Shown: one piece after another, positions 54,241-64,000 of the stretch
Layout: each line of letters begins with the position of its first letter
Position numbering within the stretch: the first letter of the stretch is position 1
From: Octopus vulgaris
Taxonomy: Eukaryota
DNA length: 64,000 nucleotides
Assembly (NCBI GenBank): GCA_951406725.2
Contig: OX597816.1
Coordinates: 153,822,001-153,886,000, forward strand
Direction: 5' to 3'
Notes under the pieces: generated by a model
What the model saw: only the letters and a program-made list of their open reading frames with translations
The model's database searches: none
What the model was told of the DNA's origin: nothing
Position numbers and translations under genes: made by a program

Positions 54241-57200
54241 GTAGCTGGGTGAGTTAAAATGCTGGGCTGTCCGTTTGAGGAGATTCTTTTGGAACAAATC
54301 ATTCAAATAGCATCCATCTCACCTATGTAAAGTACATTGCAATGTTTACATATTATGCACTATAGCAGGTTGGAGAAGAGAAAGTCTAACTAATGTTACA
54401 TGTTGTCTATGGATTTGTGGTTTTGCAGTAGTGTGGTTTGAACAAGTGTAAATTCAGGAGTGGAAATAAGTGGAGGTTCTGGTTGAGTTGGGATTTAAAC
54501 ATAAGAAAACACTTGCCCAAAAGGCCTGTAGATTTTTCTTTTTTCGTAGGAGAGAAAGAGTTTCTTTTAAGATCGAGGCAATTGCAGTATCTAATTGCAG
54601 AATGCAACGATGGCATGTTAAAACAGATGAGTTACAGTATGGAAGATTATTCAGTCCTCAGGTGAGCGTAGGCATGTGCTCAGTAGTAGGTAACGTCCGA
54701 GATAGGGTGGGAAGGGAAAAATAGCGCATTGTCTCATCTAAAATTTTGTGATACAAGGGAAACAACTCTGTTGATATAACCATTTTTTTTTTTTGTGAAT
54801 TATGTCTAGCAGAGAGTGAACCACCGTATGCTTTGTGAATAGTAATTTCAAATATTTCAAGTAGCGATTCAAACTGGATCACGGATTCAATCCGCATCGT
54901 ATGTGTGTGTGTGTTAACACACATATATCATCATACTTTAATGTCTCTCTTCCTATCGGTCATAGGTTGGTTTATAACAAGTCATTAGTCCAAGGGCTGC
55001 ATTATGTTCAATGTCTGCTTTGATGGGTGGATGCACTAACGCCATCCACTTTTACAGAATTTACTTTTTTTTTCTTTTCATGGCACCAGAACTAGTCGCG
55101 TCGCCATGCAGCTTGCAAGACTAAGAATCCATTGAATCCATTTGGTTGAGCAAGTCAGCTCTATTAGTAAGAGATGATAGGTTTAAGTATAAGGAAAGAT
55201 AACAACAGAACAAGTTTCTTGCTACAGTGGTGACGAGGTGTCAGGGTAGACTCTTAAAGTATGAGCTGAGTAGATGTGAGTGGAGACAGAAAAACAGGGA
55301 GTTTAGGTGGTTAAAGGTGGGAGATGGGTGAGGTGGTGAATATAATGAGTGGAGAACAAGTGTTGAGGGATGCTAATATATATTGGAGGGAAAGACTAGA
55401 AATTGGGTAGCATTGAGGAAGTGAATGTAGGAAATGGTGGACAAGGGATAGAGAGTGATTAATGATATATAAGAGCTGGTGGAGAAGGTAGGAGAAGTAG
55501 GTGGTGTTTGATAGTACAGAAAGGGAGGGGCAGCAGAATAATATAATGGAGATAGGAAGGATAAGGAAAAGATAGAGATTACTAATAGTTAGGTAGGTTG
55601 CAAGTGTGTGAAGAGAGATGCTGGTGTAGTGCAGGAGGAAAGTCATTAAGAAGGAGAGGGAGGAGGAGACAGTTTAGTGGTACAGAAAGGTGACCAATAT
55701 AAAATATAGGTGGAAAGGGTCAGTATTAAGAATGAGTGGTGGATATCAAGTGGAATGGTTCCAGGCAGTGAACAAGATAACTAGCATCAGAGAAAAAGAT
55801 AATAAAACATGCAGTTATGTAAGTGATGGAGGGCCCAATGATAGATGGATCATTCATGGTAGAGATGGCTTGAGGGGTGGAATTGGGAAGGGCAAAGTTT
55901 TGCATATGGTTACAAGTAATGTGTATATGTGTGGGTATGACCTCAGGATGCTGAATGCAACAAAAGAGATTGACAGGATTTTGATAAGCGAAATGATGCA
56001 CTGTTCAAATTGATTCAGCATTGTCAATCTGGTAAAATGGATGTAAAAATTATAACTATGATGAAGGAAAAGAGTACTGATGAAATTAAACCAATTCACA
56101 CACAAATATTTGACCAGACAGTGACACGAAATGCAACCAGCTTTGAAAGTATTTATTTTAATACTATACAAACATTTAATATTTCAAAACAACTCTGCAC
56201 TAATGCTAGCATAATAAAATTGACCTCCAGTTTAGTGCCTGATATAACTCTCTGGTTTACCATCTCCAGTTAAGCTGTCTAACCCATGCCAACATAGAAA
56301 ACAGATGTTAAATGATGATGATAAGGATATATCTAAGACTGTTTGGATTGTAGGTGAAGACAAGAGTATATTTACTGCATCTTTGACATCTATATTTCCA
56401 AGTGCATCCAAATAAACTACATATACCTGTTACATTTTCATCTTCTAAAAGAATGTGATGCACATGGCCTAGGTAGTTTTTTGTATCACTGGCTACATGT
56501 ATTATAGTAAGAGACTTATTGGTCCAACGCCTAATAATATGAGACATTTGCCTGTTAATCAGTATTGCCATTACCTACAGTAGTGAACTTTTACCTATAT
56601 ATTATAGCTAATTACAACTTAACTAAATAGACTTCTCTGAGACTCAGGTGCTTTGACTGTGAACACAACACAAAATCATTGATAGAATATAAACTGAGAA
56701 CTTTTCACTTAGTTGCTTGTATTCTTTAAACTTATATGCCAGATGCTACACATACACTTGAGACAAAACTAAAAGAACTTCACACTCCATGGTGACCTCA
56801 CTGCTGCTGATACCACAAACAAGACATCCAGTACACTCTGTAGAGTGACTGACATTAGGAAAGATATTGTGTCATAGAAACCACACTAAAGCAGACATTG
56901 GAGCAGTCTATCAGTTGTCAAACCATCAACATCATGCCAGCATTGAAGATAGATGTTAAAAGATGGTGCTGATTATCCATCATCATTTAACATCCATTTC
57001 CCATACTGACATAGAGCTGGCCAGACTCCAGTTGTCTGTTGTGGCATGGTTTCTATGGCTAGATACCCTTCCAAACGCCAACCACTTTACAGAGCATGTT
57101 GGGTGCTTTTTATATGGCACCAGCACCCGAAAAGGATAAGACTGTATGTATGATTGACAGCAATTTTACTTAGCTTGATGCGTTTTCTCAAGTACAGCAA

Positions 57201-57556
57201 ATCACCATCTTTGTGGATAAGAAGCTTGATTCACAATCACATTATTCCTTGCTAAATTCCAGTATGTATCACCTTGAGTATTTCCTACCATTGCCTCCAT
57301 TTAACCAATCCCTTGTGAGTGTGAATTTATCTTGTGTCTATTTATATATATATATCTCAGCAAAAGATGGAATCGTGGGACATAAAATCAAAATCCCAGT
57401 GCTTTACAAATGAATTTTCTTGTGGTATTGTGATAGATACTCCCTTGTCCCTTTATCTATCAGAAATATAGTGAAGCAGTGATTGACCCATTAGGAACTT
57501 CTAACTAATGATGCTGTTCCTCATTTAATTCATTTTAATGACTGTGTGTGTGTGTG

Positions 57557-57975
57557 CATGGCTATGTGCTCAAGAAGCTTGCTTCCTGACCATGTAGTCT
57601 CAGTATCAATCCTACTCCATGACACCTTGGATAAGTGTCTTCTGCTATAGCCATGGACCAACCAAAGCTTTGTAAGTGGATTTGATCGATAGAAACTGAA
57701 AGAAACTTGTTATATATGTATGTGCATGTGTGCGTTTCAGTTCTCTTGCCTTGACATCATGTGATGACTGTGTACATGCATCATCATTATACAAACAATA
57801 TTGTTCATTTCCAATCTTCCATGGGAAATATTATCTTGCTTGCCAACAGATGAAGATTGATGATAGACACAGGTGAAAGTTGGTGACCCTTTCTAGGGTC
57901 ACCAACTAGAAAGTCTGCCTTAACAAATTCCATCTGACCCACACAAGCGTGGAAAAGTGGGCATTAAATGATAAT
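57557..57975 (+). mobile_element. tRNA-headed composite SINE ending in the RTE-type tail; relatives at about 86-250, 3940-4350, 22975-23270, 36830-36970, 50478-50640, 53355-53650, 58008-58440 and 59855-60240
   Basis: Head catggctrtgtggttaagaag, body gaccaaagc.ttgtgagtggatttgg..gaaactgaaagaagc, internal microsatellite, and tail ggttggtgac..tagaaaatctgcc..gacccatgcaagcatggaaaagtggacattaaa(tga)n. Confidence 0.75.
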
Positions 57976-58693
57976 GTATGTGTATATATATATATATATA
58001 TATCATGCTGGCATGGCTATGTGGTTAAGGTGTTTGCTTTCTAATCATAGGATCTCAGGTTCACTCACACTGTACAGCCCTTTGAGCTAGTATGTAAGCA
58101 TTTTCTGCTGTGGCCTTAGGTCAGCCCAAGCCTAATGAGTGGATTTGGTGAACAGAAACTAAAAGAAGCCAGCCGTGTTTGTGTATCCTTGTTTTGAGAT
58201 CACACACTGGCTGTAAGCAAATGTTACTGTCATATAAATAGTTGTGGTGGTGTTTATTTGCAATCTTCAGTAAAGTCATGTATAGCCATTGTTCTGTTCA
58301 TGTTTAAAAAACTAGGGGATTTATCATTTTACTTGAAAACAGATCAGATTGGAACAGTAAGGGCCTTAGAAAATTGGCTCATCATATTTTATCTGACTCA
58401 TGCAACCACAGAAAAACAGACATTAAAACAATGATGGCGATGGCAGTGGTATGTGTGTGTGTGTGTCTAGAGAAATAATTGATTGGAAAAGATATTTGGT
58501 TACTATTAAGTGAAACTTCAGATCACTTCAGCTGTCAGTATCTCTTTTCTTTCCATTTAACATTGCCAGTCCGAGGGCTAAACATTGGTTTTATGAATGG
58601 CTCTGACTCACATAGATATTCTGTATACCCACATACACATACAAGTGTGAATCGAACATTTTAAAGTTTTCTCTAATATTTAAATAAAGTTAT

Positions 58694-59035
58694 TCATCAT
58701 CATCATCATCGTTTAACGTCCGCTTTCCATGCTAGCATGGGTTGGACGGTTCAACTGGGGTCTGGGAAGCCAGAAGGCTGCACCAGGCCCAGTCTGACCT
58801 GGCAGTGTTTCTACAGCTGGATGCCCTTCCTAACGCCAACCACTTCGTGAGTGTAGTGGGTGCTTTTTACGTGCCACCGGCACAGGTGCCAGACGAGGCT
58901 GGCAAACGGCCACGATCGGATGGTGCTTTTTACGTGCCACCGGCACGGAAGCCAGTCAGGGCGGCGCTGGCTACGGCCACGTTCGGATGGTTCTCTTACG
59001 TGCCACCGGCACTGGTATCACAGCTACAAATTCCA
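58694..59035 (-). mobile_element. Young RTE 3'-UTR/tail copy
   Basis: (ATC)n, tail and tandem units. Its far end matches LINE 14060-14090 in reverse complement. Confidence 0.88.
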
Positions 59036-60959
59036 CATTGTATATATAAATACAATTACATTGTGCAAGGGGGATTTTAGTTATTTAAGAACACATAAAA
59101 CTGTTAGATTCATTTTTCTTTAGTTCTTATAGTACAGTCTATTAAGAATTATCAAAAAGTTTTGTTGCACATTTACCATTTTGTTGCTGACCACCCTACC
59201 TCTAGTTACAATGTAATTGTATCAGTGACCAGATGGTTTCAGATCATGTTACTGCCAATTTTACTACTCTGGATCAGATGAGACCTTGTTAAGACAGAAT
59301 TTTCATGACTGAATGCCCTTCCTGACACTAGTCCTCACTTGTTTCCAAGCAAGGTAATAATGCCCTAGTGTATAGAATAACAAAAAGCTTGGACATGCTT
59401 TCACAGAGGATTACAAACACCATTTGTACAAAAGGTGAAGATTTTGCTTACAATTAGCTCTCACATGTCAAGAAATCTAAATATGCTTTCACAGCAAACT
59501 ACAAACAAGCAACACTTCAAATGAACAGTGAGGCTTTTGTTTTCAACCAGCACACACATCATTATTTTCATTTATCTTACTCCTTCTATGCTGATGTGAG
59601 TTGGGCAGTTTGACAGGATCTGACAAGTTAGAAGACTGTGTCATGCTCTACTGTCTACTTTAGTATGGTTTCTGCAGCTGGATATCCTTCCTAACTCCAA
59701 ACATCAAAACAAAAGGGAATTTTCACTCAATCACACTCAGAGTTGTAGTGCAACTGAGATTCTGTACTATAAGCTCATTATTATTTTTATATTATTATTG
59801 TTGTTGCTGGAAGAGGAGGAGAGATTAAATAAAATTACATTTTTATCACTAAGCACAGATGTGGCTGTGTAGGTAAGAAAGCTTGCTTCTCAGCCATGTG
59901 ATGTCAGGCTGACCAAAGCTTTGTGAGTGGCTTTGGTAAATGGAAACTGAAAGAAGCCAATTGTAAATATGTATGTGTATGTATATGTACATAGATATAC
60001 ATGTGTGTGCTTGTATATACTCTTACCTTGACATCATGTGATTGTTGTTAAACAAGCATCCCCATCATACAATATCCATTTCTAGTCTTCCATGAAAAAC
60101 ATATCTGGGGAGATGTGAACTTGCTTGGAAATGGATAAGGGTTGGTGACAAGAAAGGCAGCCAGCCGTAGAAAATCTGCCTCAACAAAGTCCATCTGACC
60201 CATGCACTCATGGAAAAGCAGACATTAAAATGATGGTGTTTGAAACATATCTTAAACAGATCTAGTATACAAAATTAGAATGAAAGTTTTTAATATAAAT
60301 ATGAACACTTTAAACTGAGAGACTTTTGTATCACAAATCCAGGAGAGGTGTCAAGCAGGTTGATAACAAGAAGTAATTTATTATCAGTTGTTAGTATTTG
60401 GCTAGGAACTTTCAACAATGACTTTAAAGTTTTTATCAGATAATATTGAAGAGGTTAAGCAAAATTTGTTAACCCTGCTGCTAACATGCCTATGCACCCT
60501 TTATGGCTCTTTTACTATTCATGTTACTGTTTTATGCTGTGTACAATACATTTCCTTTTGGCTATCATTGCTGTCTTTCTTTACTTGACTTATTGTTGCT
60601 TTCTGTTCCCACTTTTACCCTTTTCCTTTGAATTGTAGTATACCTTAGTATACAATAAGTTTATCTTCATCATCATCACCACATATGTCTGATGCTGATA
60701 TTTTTTATGTTAACAATATTGAACGAGAACAAGGAAACTACAAAAATAGAACTTTGATAGTTTTTGTCTTTTGTTTGTTTCAGTTATTAGGCTGTGGTGA
60801 TGCTTGGGCATCGCTTTGAAGTGTTTAGTTGAACAAATCAACCCTAGTACTTACAAATTAAGTTTGGTACCCAATATATTTACTGATTTGAGGAAAAGAA
60901 TTTTGTCATAACTATCTCTTATTATTTGGTTTCAAGTCTACTTCAAAATAATAATGATG

Positions 60960-62250
60960 GAAAGATAATCCTGTTAACATTCTCTTAAACTTTAACTCCC
61001 CCAGAAATATTGCAAGTTTACAAAGCACTTGACAATCTTCCAGTGCAGCTGCTGTGATAAATCTGTAGTATCCTGCTATATCAGGAGAATATGGTGTGTG
61101 TTATAGAATTTCCCAACCAAGTTCTTGAATGGCATTTTTGGTCAAATCAGCAACATGGGGACAAGTGTCATGTTGAAAAAGCATGTCATGTCGCCAGTTG
61201 GTTCATTTCAGCTGAACCCCTCGTTGAGCTGGCACGTTTGCTAAAACACAAAGTTCTGCATTAATCATGTGGTTGTTTCCAAGTATTTTGTATGGATTCC
61301 GTGTCGGTGGCACTTAAAAAGCACCATCCGAATCGTAGCCGAAGCCAGTGCCGCCTCGACTGGCTTCCATAAAATGCACCAATCCGACCGTGGCCGATGC
61401 CAGCCTCGCCTGGCACCAGTGCAGGTGGCACGTAAAAAGCACCCACTACACTCACGGAGTGGTTGGCGTTAGGAAGGGCATCCAGCTGTAGAAATGTTGC
61501 CAGATAAGACCGGAGCCTGGTGCAGCCTTCTAGCTTCCCAGATCCCCGGTCGAACCGTCCAACCCATGCTAGCATGGAGAACGGACGTTAAACGATGATG
61601 ATGATGATTAGCCCTTCCTTATCCCACCAAATACAAATCATTGTCTTGCATGGATACAGCATTGGCTTGGCTCAGTGTGTTGCTTGCATCTTGGGACTCA
61701 GCTATTCTTTGCTTTGTTCCATATTTACATAATGCATTTTTCATTGCTAGTGACAATGCAGTAAAAAAAATTCTGTTTGTATCCACAATTTGCTAGATGA
61801 TGATAGAAAAGCGCTGGAGTTTGTCTCTTTCATTCAGAGTATGTGGCCCCCATGCACTAAGTTTTTACTCATCAAGCTAAGAATGCATCACATCTGCTGG
61901 GTTAATTTCCTTGTGGATGAGTTCATTCAATCAATTCTTGTAGAACTAAACAGGTTGGCTAGAATGCATAGTCTGTAAGGTTAGATTTCCCCTCCTTGAT
62001 GTGTGGAACCATTTCTGTGCAGTTCTTTCAAACAATAGTGACTTTGGCAGCTTTGGAAACTTGATTGAAAGTGAAGAAATGCAAAGTATAGAAAAGCCTC
62101 TTTTGTTTTACTTCACTTATGTTAAGATCTTGGAGACTTTAGCTTTGATTATAAATCACAAGCATCATGCAATTTCATTTTCTGTCCCCTATAAATATGA
62201 TGTAATCATTAGCATGTTTTCCCAATATTCTAAGTAAGTAGGTTTGAATT
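60960..62250 (-). mobile_element. Decayed mariner relic interrupted by an RTE tail at 61298-61608
   Basis: Minus strand reads IVTSNEKCIM (degenerate IVTGDEKWI) near 61730-61760 and LFQHD near 61167-61182. Boundaries approximate. Confidence 0.62.
61298..61608 (+). mobile_element. Young RTE 3'-UTR/tail copy inserted within a mariner relic
   Basis: Near-identical to 18977-19336; (GAT)n tail. Confidence 0.88.
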
Positions 62251-62859
62251 ATTATTAAGAGGTATACAAGTGAATAATATGGATAGTGTAGCATTGGATT
62301 AATAACTCACATATCTTGGGATTAAATCCATGACTTGTGTTTTATTGTGTATTTGGCAGTATGCTTAATTCTTAGCGTCTCACTTACCCTAGTTGTTGAG
62401 TAAAAAGGTATCAAATCTTCTAGAATGTTAGCTGCATTTAATTGATATCCTTTCTACAGGTAACTAAACAGCAGAGCTAAGAACCAACACTTGAAATCAA
62501 AGATTATGAAGCCTTTGCATTAAATACAATTATGCGGTCCTAAGCTTCTGTAAAAAATCAGTCTTTGTGCTTTTGCTTAAAAGGGAAATAATACCATGCA
62601 GTAAGATTATGTTCCAGATATATTAATTTGCAATACTGTTTTTTTTTTGCTTCATGCTTTAAATATTCCCTAGGGAATATGTATACCACATAACAAGTCA
62701 ATAAAGATGATTATGGTTGACAAATAGAAGAGATAAAAATACAGATTTTTTTTAGATATTCTAAATTTAATCCTTTTTATTTTCACCAGTGTTTGAATTA
62801 TTCAATTTCAGTTATATTCCTGACAAATAAGTGAATGTTTTTTTTTTATTTCATTTCAG

Positions 62860-62949
62860 TAAACAGGGACGGAAGCTTGGAACAGTTGAATTTCAGTGCA
62901 GTAGTTGCTATAAATGGTTTCATATTGATTGTATCAAAATGCCTTTAGG
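62860..62949 (+). CDS. ASH2L: ASH2L-like exon 4, PHD finger (KQGRKLGTVEFQCSSCYKWFHIDCIKMPL-G); gene continues right of the window
   Basis: Polypyrimidine tract plus tttcag acceptor, donor gtaggt; phase 2 to 2. GRKLGTVEFQC..C.KWF matches the ASH2L GRQLGEVELQCGICTKWF motif (recalled, not searched). Confidence 0.88.
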
Positions 62950-63024
62950 GTAGGTATTCTTCAGCACACCTTATACAGTTTTCTTTCTTTCCTTATTTTG
63001 TTCATTTTTTTCTACCATGCTACA

Positions 63025-63192
63025 ATCATCACCATCCTCGTTTAACGTCTGCTTTCCATGCTGACATGGGTTGGATAGTTTGACTGAGGACTGGTGAGCT
63101 AGAAGGCTGCACCAGACTCCAATCTGATCTGGCAAAGTTTCTACAACTAGATGCCCTTCCTAATGCCAACCACTCTGAGAGTGTAGTGGATG
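63025..63192 (-). mobile_element. Short RTE tail copy 75 nt downstream of ASH2L exon 4
   Basis: tttaacgtctgctttccatgctgacatgggttgg...gatgcccttcctaatgccaaccactctgagagtgtagtgg. Confidence 0.85.
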
Positions 63193-63769
63193 TTTAATTC
63201 TATTGTGTGTACAAATACACTGCAGACATGCATGTGTATACATAAGTATGTAAGAATACACCTGTGCATTATTGACATTGAAATATGTACTTCCTGAGCA
63301 TCTATAGTACAAGTAAAATAGATGAGTGAATAATATATTGCAGGGACAGCTAATACATTTAGATCTTCTGCTGATATTTTGTTGTTTATGTAATAGTTTC
63401 AGTTATCCTAGCTGTCAAGGATAGGTACAAAATCATAATAAATCAACCTGTCAAAGGAGATATTTATCTCACATTCATGTACCACTAATAGAATGAACTA
63501 CCTGTCTGTAAGAGCCTGTTGAAAGTATTTTTGCATACTCATATTTATGTACCTGAAGGCATACTTGATAAAACAAATATTGCAAAATTGAGAGTGCTTG
63601 TGGTTATTTTGAAAACTGTAAGATTGTTGGAAGTTAATAGAGAACCATGAAAAATTATTTTCTTTTGAAATTGTACTTTCTCTGACATTTGTTCTAGAGA
63701 TAAAGTAATATCCACTTGAGGTGGACTAAAGCTGCAGTCTTCAGAAAGAACATCTTCAAAAGATTATAG

Positions 63770-64000
63770 ATGATGGGAAAAAGAGAGTCTGCAAATGTCG
63801 ACCCAATTGAGGGACCAGCTATTCAAATTAGTTGATAAAGCAATTAAGGGTATGAAGACAGGGAAAGTTCCCAGCCCATCAGGAATCACTGCTGAAGTTC
63901 TTAAAATCTCTGGCAGCATATGCTATAATCTAGTCAACCAGGTGATACATGAAGAAGTCATACCTTATGACTGGTGTAGCAGCACCATAGTCAACTGCTA
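63770..64000 (+). mobile_element. RTE LINE RT-region fragment running off the window end
   Basis: Homologous to 12127-12380 (aatgtcgacccaa..gagggaccagc; ccatcaggaat; gactggtgtagcagc). Confidence 0.85.

Noticed and set aside
55290-56273. ORF cluster in a purine-rich tract (and the pyrimidine-rich tract at about 51150-51800)
   Set aside because: Strand-biased low complexity explains the open frames; no domain is recognisable.

Overview
Eukaryotic, AT-rich, intron- and repeat-dominated genomic DNA. The repeat landscape suggests a coleoid cephalopod such as Octopus; this is inference, not verified. The window holds two divergently transcribed (head-to-head) genes whose start codons are about 1.9 kb apart. 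On the minus strand is a NAK-family Ser/Thr kinase (AAK1/BMP2K-like): nine coding exons from ATG 40406 down to 2351, covering the whole kinase domain with all splice phases compatible; the gene continues beyond the left edge. On the plus strand is an ASH2L-like COMPASS/Set1 subunit: four coding exons from ATG 42315 to 62949, encoding a long acidic/Pro-rich N-terminus and the start of the PHD finger; it continues beyond the right edge. The introns contain a 3.3-kb frameshifted RTE-clade LINE with a C4HC3 PHD finger inserted inside its RT domain, and many truncated copies of that LINE's 3' end with (GAT)n tails. They also contain tRNA-headed SINEs (one family sharing the LINE tail), mariner/Tc1 relics, a non-autonomous Helitron, hairpin MITEs, CR1/Tx1/Penelope remnants, microsatellites, several perfect short palindromes and a 100-N gap. 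Most ORF-track entries are spurious. There is no CRISPR array, rRNA or intact tRNA.
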